This document shows, piece after piece, positions 1-14,000 of a stretch of 44,364 bases of DNA; the stretch's first letter is position 1; the number at the start of each line of letters is the position of its first letter. This DNA is from Spizellomyces punctatus DAOM BR117. Taxonomy: Eukaryota. Location of the stretch: NCBI GenBank assembly GCA_000182565.2, contig KQ257459.1; one strand, 5' to 3'. A program made the position numbers and the translations under genes. The notes beneath the pieces were generated by a model, which was given only the letters and a program-made list of their open reading frames with translations, was not told where the DNA came from and ran no database searches.

Positions 1-710
1 GCTACGACCCGATCGGGGAGCCGCGGCCAATCGCGCATCTGCGGGTTTCAATTGCCTGGCTTTTTCATACGACTTTTCATAGCACCATATTTTTTTCCTT
101 TCCTTTCCTTGTAACGCATAGTTGTCTTTCAGAGACGGGAATGCAAAAGAAGCAGAAGGAATGAATTCATATGCAAATTCCGATGGCCAGTGGTACTTGG
201 GGTGAAACTCAAAGTTGCGGTCGGGTTTTTTACTTCCGATGCATTTGAGATGGTTGGACAGATAGTCTTCCAAGTGCTTTCTTTTGACAAGACACGGCCA
301 TTCGGGCTTGCAGTTCCAATCAGTTTTTGTCAAACCCACACACGAACATACCCCATCTCTGCTTATAGCCAAACTTATTACCTGGTACATTAAAAAGTTG
401 TTTGTTCAGATCCGTGGGTGTGCAATGGCATTTCAAAGACATCACCCGACATTGTACATCTTGGTTAGCCAGCCATTTTTGCCCACTGGTCGCAATTGAC
501 TTCATCTTTTCCGGATCTGCTGCGGATGCACATCTCCAATGAAAGCTCATCGCAGCATGATTCTCCAGCAAAAGCATCCAGTTTGATCTTCCGCCATGTC
601 CATGATGTCGTCTCATGCAAGAGCCTTCAGCTCCAATATTTCACTTCAGCGTTTCTCACCTGCCCTAATCATCCAGTTCTTGATATCTTGCTAACTTTAC
701 GCCCCGAATC

Positions 711-2030
711 ATGTCGTCCCAAACCCAACAAGCGATCAACTATCGCTCTCCTCGCATTTTGACCCAAATTGGATGGACAACTACGAAAGCCCTCAGATTG
801 GCTTGTATCAATGCATATGGGGACGAAGGTGATGTCGTTGCTTCCATTGCCCATGTCGCTTGGAAGATCTTCGTTGGCAAAATCCCAAAGGTTAGATTCG
901 ATTTTGTCTCGCTGCAGGAGAAGATCATTGAGAGATGTCATCATTTTCATACTTACAATGTCCAGACTGCTGCATATCGGCACCTAATAGCCAATGCACA
1001 ACAAGAACTGGAGAACAATGCTCAAGGAGAGTGCACTGCGTATGGCGAATGTGCAGCAGATGCAAATGGACGTCCGCTGCAAGCCGCTTTTCGTGTCCTT
1101 CAACAGAATAGTACGGATGAGCCCATACCTAATGTACAGGTTAGAGCGACATGCCAAAAACAAACTTTGAGCACCATACGACCCACCTGCACTCCCCTAA
1201 CGTGTCATTAACATACCGTCTTTCTAGACTCATATCGTGCTCGAAATGCTCCTCAACGAAGACACATTTGAGTTCCGCGCCATCCTCCACTCGGAGGAGA
1301 TTTCCGACGAGGCTGGAATAACAGTCCTGCGCGAATTAACAAACATAATGCGTGAGATCATCGACATACCCGAAGCAGCAGTAAGATTGCCTGCTAACAG
1401 TACCGATAGTGACCTTACCGCGAGCCTGTTTCCAAACCTCACCGGGAAGATCCATCACCGTGGACATACCGTCAGCCTTGACGCAGTTTCGCACACTTCA
1501 TTCATCATTAAGGACTTGGACGGCCACCTCCGAGCCCTCGAAACCACGCCTGAAACGCTCGGTAAAGCCGCTTGGGCAAAGCTTCTTACTCACTACACTG
1601 GGGAAAACGAGGCTGAATTCGGGTTACTTCGGGGTGACAACGACTGTATTGTCCCAGTCCAGCTTTCTCTAGATGAGATAGACAACAATGTGGCCCTACT
1701 GCAAAAGCTGATGGAACAGGAGCAGGTGGCCAGGATAGACTTAATAGATCGTAGATGTGAGACCCTGCTGCAGTATGGAAGGACGCCCACAGCTATCAAG
1801 TCTCACGGGGTGAGTTTTGACCTTTCAGCTCCCAGCATTCGTATCATGCCATCGCTGTGCTAAAGAAATCTTTTAGACTATCCTCCACTTGATCATGCAC
1901 CCAACAGATGAAATCGATCAGTTCAAGCTCACCGTTCATTATAATGAGAAGCTGTTGCCCCGACGACAAGCCATGTTGCTGCTTCAACAATTTGAGCACG
2001 TCTACCGCGGAATACTAGAAAATCCCTCCG
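711..2030 (+). other. N-terminal NRPS region: two tandem degenerate C-domain C-terminal halves
   Basis: HVAWKIFVG..VRFDF and LFPNLTG..KAAWAKLLTHYTGENEAEFG resemble the FP.LSG..QAAWAKLLSYYVGEPDVTFG segments of the intact C domains. Each is followed by a C-domain terminal helix (VLRELTNIMREIIDIP; LLQQFEHVYRGILENP). No HHxxxDG motif. Confidence 0.65.
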
Positions 2031-5000
2031 CCCCACCACTAGAGCTTGCTGACACATTTACAGAGGACCTCCTGTCCATCACTATCGCAACAAATCCAAA
2101 CGTCAATACAGAATCGGCACCATTCCTTCACTCATTCTTTGCAGCTACCGCGTTACGCTGCCCGTCAAATGTAGCGCTAGAGTTTATCACGTCCATGTCA
2201 CCATTCTCCATACAGTCATGGACGTACGCATCCCTCGAGAAGGAATCAAACAAACTCGCCAACCTTCTCATTACGGCTTACAATGTCCAACCTGACGACA
2301 TTATTCCCATCTGCATGGAGAAATCAGCATTCATGTACATATCGATTCTCGGTGTGTTGAAGGCAGGGTGCGCATATTGCCCGATCGACTGGCAAACTCC
2401 AGTTGAACGAGCCCAATATATCCTCGAAGAAACCAAGGCACATGTCATTCTCATCTCCGGCGACGGACGCAAGCTTGCCTCACACCCACAGTTTCCCTCT
2501 GACGTGGTCGTGCTGCAGCTGGATGACTCTGCGTCGCCATTCCACACGTCGCCGGAAACCACACCACCGGTTCCGGCACTTTTGACACACCACCTTGCAT
2601 ATGTCCTTTACACCTCAGGTACAACTGGACGCCCGAAAGGCGTAATGATCTCTCACGACTCGGCCACTCGATCAATCCAATCGCATTGCGCAATGGTTCC
2701 TTGCAGGAAAACAAGTAAATTTCTCCAGTTTGCAGCAACTACGTTTGATGTGTCAATATTCGATATGTTCTTCACTTGGAGGAATGGCATCACACTAGTA
2801 GCGGCAAAAACGGAACTGATGCACAGGGACCTAAGTGGGGTTGTCAGAAGTGGTGGCATTACACACTTGGACTTGACCCCAACCGTAGCCGGAACTCTCC
2901 GAAAGCAGGACGTTCCTGGCCTGGAAGTATTATTCTGCATCGGCGAGGCGTTAACTCAAAAGGTTGTTGACGAGTTTGGGTCTGCAAATGGAACCGACTG
3001 CACGCTTCTGAATGCCTACGGGCCAACAGAAGCAGCAATCTCATGTACGATCGCGAACGTCAAGAAAGATGCTGGTACTTTGCCCGCAAATATCGGTACA
3101 CCGTTTCCGACTTGTTCCATCTACGTCATTGCCCGAGGGAGCTTATATCCGGTCCCCATCGGTTGTATTGGTGAACTTTGTCTCGCCGGCACACAGCTGG
3201 CGAGGGGATACTTGGCCCGTCCCGACTTGACAACTGACAAATTCCTCACCTTTCCGTACAATGGTGAGCGGATATACCGCACGGGGGACCTGGTACGACA
3301 ACTATCGGACGGAACAATCGAATATCTTGGCCGAATTGACGATCAGGTGAAATTAAACGGATACAGGATAGAGCTGGCGGAAGTCAATTCTGCTCTGATG
3401 CAGGCAAACAACGGCGTTCAACAAGCGGTAACGATGGTGCTGAGGCATCCTAGTTGGATCCGTGATCAAATGGTCGTGTTCCTTTCTCTCATTGGTGAAA
3501 AGCGGCCTGGAGAGGCTTGCGAGTTCTTGAAAACTTTTGGAAGAGAATCCACTCTGTCGAATGCTGTGTCGTTGGCAAAAAACTTGCTAGCACCATATAT
3601 GGTCCCGAATATTTTTCTGCTTGTCAGCAAAATTCCCTTGGGGACGGCGGGGAAGGTCGACCGTAAGTGCTTGAAGCAAATGTTCTTATCCTTGTCCGCG
3701 GAAGCTCTCCAAGATATGCTTGGAGGACACACGTCAGAGGTAGGTGTGAATGAAAAATGGACCGCCGAACAACATTTTCTTCGACAGATAATTGCAGAGA
3801 CAGCTGCAGTCCCACTGCACACTGTTGAAAAGGACACGACGATATTTCACGTTGGCATCGATTCAATCGGGGCAATGCGTTTCGTTGCACGGCTGCGAGA
3901 AGAACGCGGCATTGAGATGTCCATAATCGATGTCATGCAGAATCCGACCGTCGCCCTCATGACCCAATTCATCGATAATCGGGAATTGTCATGCGCAAAA
4001 GTTCAACCACCAGCGGCGAACGAATCGCATGTTCTGGAAGCGTTTGCGAGTCGTGTGCAAGAAATCGTGTTCTCCCAATTGAAGGGTGTAGTGCCGGATG
4101 CTGTGAAAGGGATATATCCCTGTACACCTCTCCAAGATGGTCTTCTGTACGGAACGCAAAAGACGCCTGGTGCCTATTTCACGCACGAGACGTTCACACT
4201 TCACCCCAGCGTAGACCTCGAGACGCTCCAAAGAGCCTGGATGGCTGTCATTGACAATAACGATATCCTACGCACTAGTTTTTGTCATGTTGGCGATTCC
4301 ACAGCCACCTTTGCCCAGATTGTTCACCACAGTGTCAAAATGCGGTGGACCTCCCGTATCGTACAGTCAAAGGAGCTGATAGCTAAAGTGCAGAAAGATC
4401 ACATATCCACCTTTGGAAGCTCCGTATTCACCGCTCAAGACGTTCCAATGTCTTTCGTGTTGTTCGAGTGTGGGGACATCAGGTCTCTTGTCTTGTCCAT
4501 TCATCACGCTCTATTCGATGGATGGTCCTTGCCACTTATTTTGCAAGATGTGCAAACGGCTTACAGCTCGTGCGGCAGCGATCTACCAAAGCGACCTCCA
4601 TTTTCAAGGATGATTCCGCATCTGTTAGGGGACAAGCAGCCCGCAAACAGCAGAAATTTTTGGACCGACGCGCTCAGCAATGTCCGGCCAGTTGCATTTC
4701 CTGGCCTCTCGCAGACGACTGTCTTTACACCCGGCAGCCATACAGTCACCCGCAAAGTCTCGACATCTCTGACTGAAGTAGAGCGCCTATGCCGCCAAGC
4801 AGGCACATCCATTCGGGCGGTGGGACAAGCAACTTGGTCCATCCTCCTCTCTGCCTATCTGGACACACCGGATGTCACATTTGGCCATGTTGTATCAGGC
4901 CGGACCCTCGATGTTCCCGGAGTCGCTCAAGTTATTGGGCCATGTCTGAATACTGTTCCATGTCGCCTGCGTATCGACCAATACAATAGCATTCATGAGC

Positions 5001-8000
5001 TGCTACAGGATATCCAAAGGCAATATGTGAATATGCTTCCATACCAGCATACGCCATTAAGATCTATACAGAAATGGTCTGGTATGGCTAATGGGCTATT
5101 TGACACCATATTTGTGCTTCAAAAGACCGATAATGGTGGACACGGTTACGAGGACGAAATATGGAACTGGGTTGACACAGTTGATGAGGACGAGGTAAAT
5201 ATTCGACATTGTTACATTCATTCAACTTGCTTATGGATTATGTGCTTCTAGTATGCCATATCGATAGAGGTCGAACCCATTGCCACCAATGATACTGTTG
5301 TATTAAAAGCCATTTGCAAGAATGCCCTTTGTTCTCAAAGTCAATCCGAACTTTTAGTCGCCGAGTTCGAAGCCATCATGCTCGGAATTCTTCAACACCC
5401 TTCCAGCAATCCAAATCTACTGCACCAGTTGAACCTGCCGGGATCCGTACTATCTATCAGCCCAATGGCGCATTTACCAGAAACATCTCGGACTGGTGCC
5501 CTCTTCATGCATAGCTTCGTGGAGAATCAGGCGAACACCAATCCCACTGCTGTGGCTGTGAACTTTGTTTCGGAGATCACGAAATCTGGGGAAGCTCTCG
5601 GAGAGGAATATACTTATCAGGCATTGGACCGTGAAGCAAACCGTTTTGCCAATCTGCTACTCGCGAAGGGTCTTACATTGGGTGCCGAGGTGTCGCTCTG
5701 CGCGCCAAAGTCTCTGTCATGGTTTGCTGCATTGCTCGGAATATCCAAAGCCGGAGGCGTTTACGTTCCTATCGACCATGAGGCACCTGTGGATCGGAAG
5801 CGATACATCCTCAACGACGTGGGAAGTAAATATGTTGTCACAATTTCGTCTTTGGAGGTTGAATTGAAAAAGGTGGTACCTCTTGATACGGAATTCATTA
5901 TTCTCAACGACGATCAAACGAGAGCCCATCTTTTTGCCCAGTCAGATCTTTCGCCTTCAGTAGAACTCACGCCTTCGGATCTCGCATATATTCTTTATAC
6001 ATCTGGGACGACCGGCAGACCAAAAGGCGTACTAGTAGAGCATGCTAACGTAACGCACAGCATCGAAGCCCACCGTCACCTTATCAAATGGCATCCAGCA
6101 GCTCGGTTTCTGCAGTTCGCGTCATGCTCTTTCGATGTATCCATTTACGAGATGCTCTTTCCCTGGAGCGCGGGCATGTGCGTGTGCGCTGCAGATAAAG
6201 ATCTTCTTCTCAAGGACCTGGAATTGGCGTTCCGTGCCATGCATATCACACACGCAGAGTTAACCCCGAGCGTCGCTTCAATGGTTAAACGACAAAACGT
6301 GCCGCAACTGGAAGTGCTGCTTACAGGGGGCGAAGCTTTGACTCAGAATGTTTTGGAAGAGTGGGCAGATGGCGAAATGTTGTATAATGCGTATGGTCCT
6401 ACCGAAGCAACAATTGGGTGTACAATGTTGTGCGGAGTTCAGAAGTCCGCAAAAGTTTCGAACATCGGTCGTCCTTTTCCGAATGTTTTTGCCTGCGTAT
6501 TACCGGTTCATGGCGAGCGCCATCCGGTCTTGAAGGGTGCTACCGGCGAACTTTGTGTGGGGGGTCCGTTGGTGACCCGCGGATACCTTGGCCAACCGGA
6601 GTTGACGGCGGCGAAATTCATCAATTGGTCGCCAGTATCATCACCGACCTCTATCGAACGCCTTTACAGGACGGGGGACCATGTCCGTTTGATGGCAGAT
6701 GGCACATTGGAGTTTTTGGGTCGTGTGGACGATCAGGTCAAGATCAACGGCATCCGGATCGAGCTGGGCGAAATCAACAGCAGATTGCGGGCTGCGTCCA
6801 AAAATGTCATCAATTCCGTCACAACGCTAATAGGACGTTCTGGTGCTTTTAAGAGTGAATTGGTCGCTTTCCTCGTGATGGATACAGCTTTCTCAAAGGA
6901 GTGCGAGATTATCCTGTCGAATGAGAAGTTCAGAGAAATTCGTGAAAACATTGTCCCGGTGTTGAAGCGAGAGCTTCCTTTGTACATGGTTCCAAGCTTC
7001 ATTCTTCCTATTACCGCTCTTCCTCTAGGAACGACGGGCAAAGTGGACATAAACCGGCTGAGTGCGCTGTTCCAGAATCTTTCGCCAGAAGCTTTGCACA
7101 GTTGCCAAGCGCCGGACGACATATCTGCAAATGAGAGCTGGACGGACTTGGAGAAGGTTATACGTGACGCGATTGTCAACCAGCGAGAAATCACAGTCCA
7201 CCTCGTTAGTAGAACCAGCACGATTTTTGAGCTCGGCCTGGACTCTTTGAGCGCAATATCGTTGTCGGCCAGTTTGCGGAAAAAGGGCCTCGAGTTATCC
7301 GTGTCTGATATCATGCAGCATCCGACAATTTTGGAGATGGCAAAGTATTTGGAAGCGAGGGTAGACACCGGAGGACGCGAATCCATCGAATTATCAAGCT
7401 CATTGGATGTATTCGCCACATATGAGGAGCAGAGTAGGAAGCTGGCGGCAGAGAATCCTTCCTTGGCCGGAAATATCGAATGTGCCTATCCATGCCTTCC
7501 ACTACAGGAAGGAATGGTGGCGGAATGCATGAAGTCTGGCGGTGCATTGAACATCAACGAAATCACGTTGGACCTAGAACCATGGGTTGAGTTTGAGACG
7601 CTGAGGCACGCTTGGTTACAGTTGCAGGAGCAAACTGATATTTTGAGAACTGCTTTTTTTGCCATGAGCGATGGCAGCTACGGTCAGGCCGTGCTTGGCA
7701 GCAATAGTGGTTTCATAGCTTCTTTTGAGACGAAATCTTACGCGAGTCAGCCTAGTCTTTCGATACTCCTAGAACAACAGCGAAATCAAGTGGTCCAAGA
7801 CATGTACAACATGAAGCCACCAGTCAGCGCATGGGTGCTTCAAAACGAGAACTCAACGAATACGAGATTGTCTATTATAATTCACCACGCGTTGTACGAT
7901 GGTTGGAGTTTACCATTGCTCCTGAACGATTTCAAACGACTGTATCATGGTCAATGCGCTCCTCGGCGCCCGCTGTTTCGTGAGTTTGTTCGTTACGTGG

Positions 8001-11000
8001 AAAATATCGGGCACACCCAGGAGGAAGTGTACTGGAGACGAATATTACATGGCGCAACGAGCTGTCAATTCCCCGACCTTAGTGGGCGGCGCAAAGATAC
8101 GGATGGTAGTCCCCATTCATGCGAAGCTTCCAGACATCTGAGCGCTACCCGCTCAGAACTTGAAACCGCGGCTCGAGCTATCGGCGTTACTGTGCAGGTG
8201 TTGGTTCAAGCTGCGTGGGCCAAATTACTGTCGTACTACGTAGGCGAACCAGATGTGACCTTTGGACATGTTATTTCCGGCAGAACGGCTCCTGTGAGCG
8301 GAGTGGAGCAGATTGCTGGACCATGTTTCAACACCATTCCATGCCGTGTGAATCTCAGTGACAGAAAATTGACGAACAGGCAATTGCTGCAATCAATTCA
8401 AACCCATAATTCCACGGCCATATCGCACCAGCATGCATCTTTGAGGTTGATCAATAGATGGATCGGGGCGTCCACCGAGCAGCCACTGTTCAACACAATT
8501 CTTATATATCAGAAGACAGAGGGATGTTCCGCCGAAGATAATTTATCTCAATTGTGGAAAGAGGAGAAAGATGGTCAAGTTGAAATCGACGTAAGTTCCA
8601 TCCTGACACGCTGACTGGGTCCTCGTACAAAAGCACTCATTAGTCCCGAATTTAGTATCCTGTCTCGGTAGAAGTAGAGCCTCTTGCAAATAACAGGCTT
8701 GCTCTTCGCATATTGTGCCGTAGCGATGTAGTTCCAGAAGAACACGCGAACTTACTGGCACGACAGCTGGAATCCGTTTTGCTAGATTTGACACTCCGAC
8801 CAGACGGAGTTGCCGCGGATATCCCATTTGATGAGCAGGAGGTCGTTTCTATCTCTAACCCTACTCCAACCGTTGTGTCTGGCCTCCTTCACGGAGCCGT
8901 TGAAAAATATGCAGAAGAAAGCCCGAAAAAAATTGCCCTCGAATGGGCGATGTCGATATCCGACACCACCATCGATATGGAAACGTGGACATATGCAACC
9001 TTGAACGAGCAAGCAAATAAGATTGCGCATCTTTTGCTGTCGAAAGTTCAAAGCTGTGCAGTTGTGCCCATCTGCTTAGACAAATCCCCCCTCTCCTACA
9101 TGGCAATTTTGGGAGTGCTCAAAGCTGGATGCGCGTACGTTCCTCTCGACCCAGCACTCCCGCTTGACCGACGGCTGTTCATTGTGAAAGACACGAAGGC
9201 ACCCGCAGTACTTACCACTAGTCAATATGCTGCAGCGCTTCAAGGAGGGAAAGCGATGGATTCGTCCTTCGATATCATATCCCTGGATTCGGTAGATCTT
9301 CAAGGTCAATCCGCAAGAAACCCCCGAGTTGCGACAAATCCTTCGGATCTCGCCTACATACTATACACTTCAGGAACAACCGGTCTACCCAAAGGCGTCA
9401 TGGTCGAACATGGCAGCGCAACAGCGTGTTTGCACTCATTCCAGAGCATGTTACCGTGGCGTCCTGTATCACGTTTTCTTCAATTTTCATCGTTCTCCTT
9501 TGATGTTTCTATTTCAGAAACATTCATGCCGTGGCTCGGGGGCCACACGGTGTGCACTGCAAGTAAAGATACCCTGCTGATAGACCTAGAGCAAGCCATC
9601 CGCATGCTGAAGATTACTCATGCTGATCTGACCCCAACGCTGATTACCCTTCTTCATCGTGACCGCGTACCAGATCTGAGAGTTCTCATTACTGGGGGCG
9701 AGATGATACCGCAAAAGATATTGGATGAGTGGGCCGGATTGAACGATATATCTCTGTACAACGCGTACGGCCCAACGGAAACGACGATCAATTGTGCAGT
9801 CAACCGACAAGTGAAGCGATCCGCCAAACCTGCAAACATCGGACAGCCACAGTCGAGTTGCTCCATTTACATCTTGTCGCAAAGCCTACAGTGCATTCCA
9901 ATCGGTGGAATTGGGGAATTGTGCGTCGGCGGGATTCAAGTCGCTAGAGGATACCTAAATTTGCCTAAATTGACACAAGACAAGTTTTGCACATTCCTGA
10001 ATCCTCTTTCTGGAAAAGAGGAACGTGTGTACCGAACGGGAGATTTGGCGCGAATGCTACACGATGGAAGCATCGAGTTCATTGGCAGACTTGACGACCA
10101 GGTCAAGCTCAACGGTCTCCGAATCGAACTGGAGGAAGTGAATGCAGTACTCTCAGGCTCTGATCCTAACATTTCTAACGTTGCTACGCTGGTTTTGAGG
10201 AGACGCGAACAGCAAAACCATCAACTCGTTTCTTTCATTGCACTCGGAAATGAAAGTGGCGATTGCAAGATAATTAAGGGCGACTTGCATGCGAAGGTAT
10301 TAGAGAATGCGACGGATGCCGCCGCACGAAAGCTGCCGGCATACATGGTCCCGACACACATTCTGTTGATCAATACGCTACCTTTGGGCAAGACTGATAA
10401 GGTGGACCGCAAAGTCCTCGCTACCCTTTACACGGACATCCCCTCGGAAGTCCTGGATTCATGGGGAAGCCAGAATGGAGCCGATGGAATCTGGTCCGAC
10501 GAGGAGAGTCACATCAGGGACGCTTTGGGAGAGATAGCAAATGTGCCTTCAGATACGATCAGTCGTCATTCCTCCGTTTTCCAGTTGGGACTTGATTCAA
10601 TCAGCGTAATTCGCTTGGCATCGTTGTTACGAAAGCACGACATTACATTGACAGTGTCTGAAATCATGGGGAACCCGTCTATAGCACGTATGTCTCACCA
10701 TTTAAAGCATCGTCAGAACGGGATGGAATCAAGACGGCACAATATTGCTCAAGCGAGGAACATGATCGCAAACTTTGAGAAGCAAATCAAGCCTGCGTTA
10801 TTGGCGCGCTCGACGCAGGAGCAGAGCGATGCGATCATCTCTGTTTACCCATGTACCCCGCTTCAGGAAGGAATGTTGGCCGGTACATCGAAATCGGATG
10901 GCTTGTATATCAACCACTTTGTGTTTGAGCTGGAAGAGCACACCGACTCAGAACGCTTATTAGAAGCCTGGCGAAAAGTCATCGAGCAAAACGACATTTT

Positions 11001-14000
11001 TCGCACCAGCTTTCATCTCACCAATGATGAAACCTTTGTCTATGCCCAGGTGGTTAATGAAAAGGTTTGGATGCCCGTGAAGAACATTCAAATCCAGCAC
11101 GGCGGAGATTTCCCCGCCGCGTTCGATGAACATACGAAATGCAGCACAGCGACAATAGGAGATTTTCGCCGACCTCCACTTGGATTTGCCCTCGTACGAA
11201 GTCCATCTCAAGCCTGGCTCATCGTTTCTATACATCATGCTCTCTTCGATGGTTGGAGCTTTTCTCTTACCCTCACGGATGTCCAGGCGCATTATCGCGG
11301 AGTACCCCCACCTTTGCGACCTCAATTTCGATCATTCGTGGAGTCCACTGTGGGACAAGTTGAGGACAAATCTAAGTTGTTCTGGCAGGAAAGGCTAGCC
11401 CGGGCAAATATATCTGAATTTCCAGATAACCTTCATGGGAAGACGTTCAAAACCCACGAAGCCAGTGCACCTCAATTGGTGGAAATCTTTTCAGAAATTT
11501 CGTATGGCGAAGTTGCAACACGTTGTCGCGAGATGGAAGTCAGTGTTCAATCAGTAGGACAAGCGGCCTGGGCTCTCCTTCTGGCTGCGTATCTTGGCCA
11601 GAAGGATGTTATATTTGGCCACATTGTCTCCGGCAGATCAATTCCTGGCTCTGCAGCTGTCATTGGCCCAACATTGAACACCATCCCATGTCGCGTGCAA
11701 GTGGATAAGCATGCATCGAATCTGGATCTTGTTCGCCATGTACATCAATTCAACATTGAAGCCATCCCTTATTACCACACAAGCCTGCGGGCAATCATGA
11801 ACGCATTGGGAAGAAACAAAGATGCTAAACCATTGTTCGATACTATCTTCCTGTTCCAGCAATCGCACCAAGAAGTGCATACGGACGAAACTACGTTATG
11901 GAAAGAAATAGCCGGTCAGGCAGACGTTGATGTAAGTAGCTTTTGTCTGGTATTTAAGCGCATGAGTGACTGCTAATCAAAGGCCATAGTATGCAGTTAG
12001 CATCGAGTTGGAACCTAACGATGACGTCTTAGTGCTCCGCGCGGCATGCAGGCCGAGCCTGATGCCCGAGGATCAGCTGAATCTTCTCTTACGCCAACTG
12101 GATATGATTCTCAGGCATATCATCCAGGAGCCGCACGGAAAGATTGGCGATTTTAAAACACCGGCGCTCGATCTCATGTCTATTCAGCCGCGAAAGATCC
12201 CCGACTCACTGGTCCAGAAAAAGAGACGATCCTGGTTCTGTCCGCGGAACTTCAAAACAAATCACACCATCGATACGATGCATCAATTCATCGAGAAGCA
12301 CGCAGCCGCTTCACCGCACCGGATATGCTTGGAATTCGCTTCGTCGATCTCGAAATCTGAAATCCATAGTTGGACCTACCGTGAATTCAATTCCAAAGCG
12401 AACAAACTCGCACGTTTTCTGCGCAATTGTGGCGTTACCCGCAATATGTTGGTGCCGATTTGCCTCAAGCAATCTCCTTGGATGTATCTGGCTATCATAG
12501 CTGTTTTGAAGGCTGGTGCTGGGTATGTGCCCGTCGACCCGCAAGCACCGGCAAAACGGAAGACATATATCTTCTCGGATGTAGACGCGAGTTTCGTTCT
12601 TACTTCCCCAGACATTGCAGATATTATGGAGGAGCTTGAAGACGGGACACCGAGGCAATATATCTGCGTTGATGATTCTATCGAGGGTAGACTCAAGACG
12701 CTATCAAGTTCGAACCTGCCCAATAAGGTTACCCGAAATGACCTCGCGTACGTCATCTACACCTCGGGGACAACAGGGTTGCCCAAGGGCGTCATGATCG
12801 AGCACGGCAGCGCTGTAGTTGCAATCGAATCTTTCCAACGGCTAATTCCAGCTGACCAGCACGCGCGATTCCTTCAGTTTGCCTCATTTACATTTGACGT
12901 ATCGATTTTCGAGATGTTCTTCGCATGGAGTATGGGACTTACTCTGGTAACAGCGCCGCGGGATGTGCTGTTGGCTGACTTAGAGTTGGCAATGCGTGTG
13001 CTCAACGTCACACACGCAGATCTAACTCCAACGGTGGCCACATTAATTCGACGTAGTGCTGTACCATCAATTGAGCTTCTGGTGACAGGAGGAGAAGCCT
13101 TGAGCCAGCAAGTCCTAGATGACTGGGCTGGTACTTTGTATAATGCATATGGCCCTACTGAAGCCACAATCGGGTGCGTGCTGAGGCCAAGCGTATCAGC
13201 CGAGATCCGCCCAACCAACATTGGGCATGTATTCGACTCGTGCTCCGCTTTCGTCTTATCAGAGGATCTGAATGTTATACCACGCGGTGGTGTTGGTGAG
13301 CTATGTATCGGGGGACCGCAGGTTGCTCGAGGTTACTTGAAGCGACCGGATCTGACAGCGGAACGGTTCGTTTACTTGCCCTTGGCAAAAGAGAGGATTT
13401 ACAAAACCGGGGATTTCGTTAGAATGTTAGCCGATGGCTCCATTGAGTTTTTAGGACGACAGGACGATCAAGTGAAGCTCAATGGATTGCGTATAGAATT
13501 AGGCGAGATCAACTCTGTCATGTGCAAAGCACATCCCGACATCAAAGACGTGGTCACACTTGTGCTCAAGCACCCGCAACTGCAAAGAGAGCAGTTAGTC
13601 GCCTTTGTCGTCTTGAAGAGTGACTATAGGACGGCGGTGGAGCCTAAGATTATTGGTTCCCTTGCGACATCTACAATTTTGAAGGAAGCACTCAAAGCTG
13701 CTAGGCGAGCACTACCGCTTTACATGGTGCCGGCTCATGTCTTTTTGACAAGCCTGATTCCGCTCGGAAACACAGGTACTGGAATCTTCCTGAAATCGAT
13801 GAAAGTGTTGACGCTAATATCCGCCCCCTTCCCCCTTTTTCTTTTTTTCTCACTACAGGAAAAGCGGATCGTAAAGCTCTCTCGTATCTGTTCTATGACT
13901 TGGACGCGAATTCACTCCAAGCGATGCAGGTGCCGGACATCGATCGTCCTTGGAGCGAACTTGCAAGAGAGATCCGTCGCTGTCTTGCACAGGTCGCACG

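Noticed and set aside
190..762. Short ORFs upstream of the NRPS, including 320-616 on the minus strand
   Set aside because: No recognisable motifs or splice-linked continuation; probably promoter or UTR sequence
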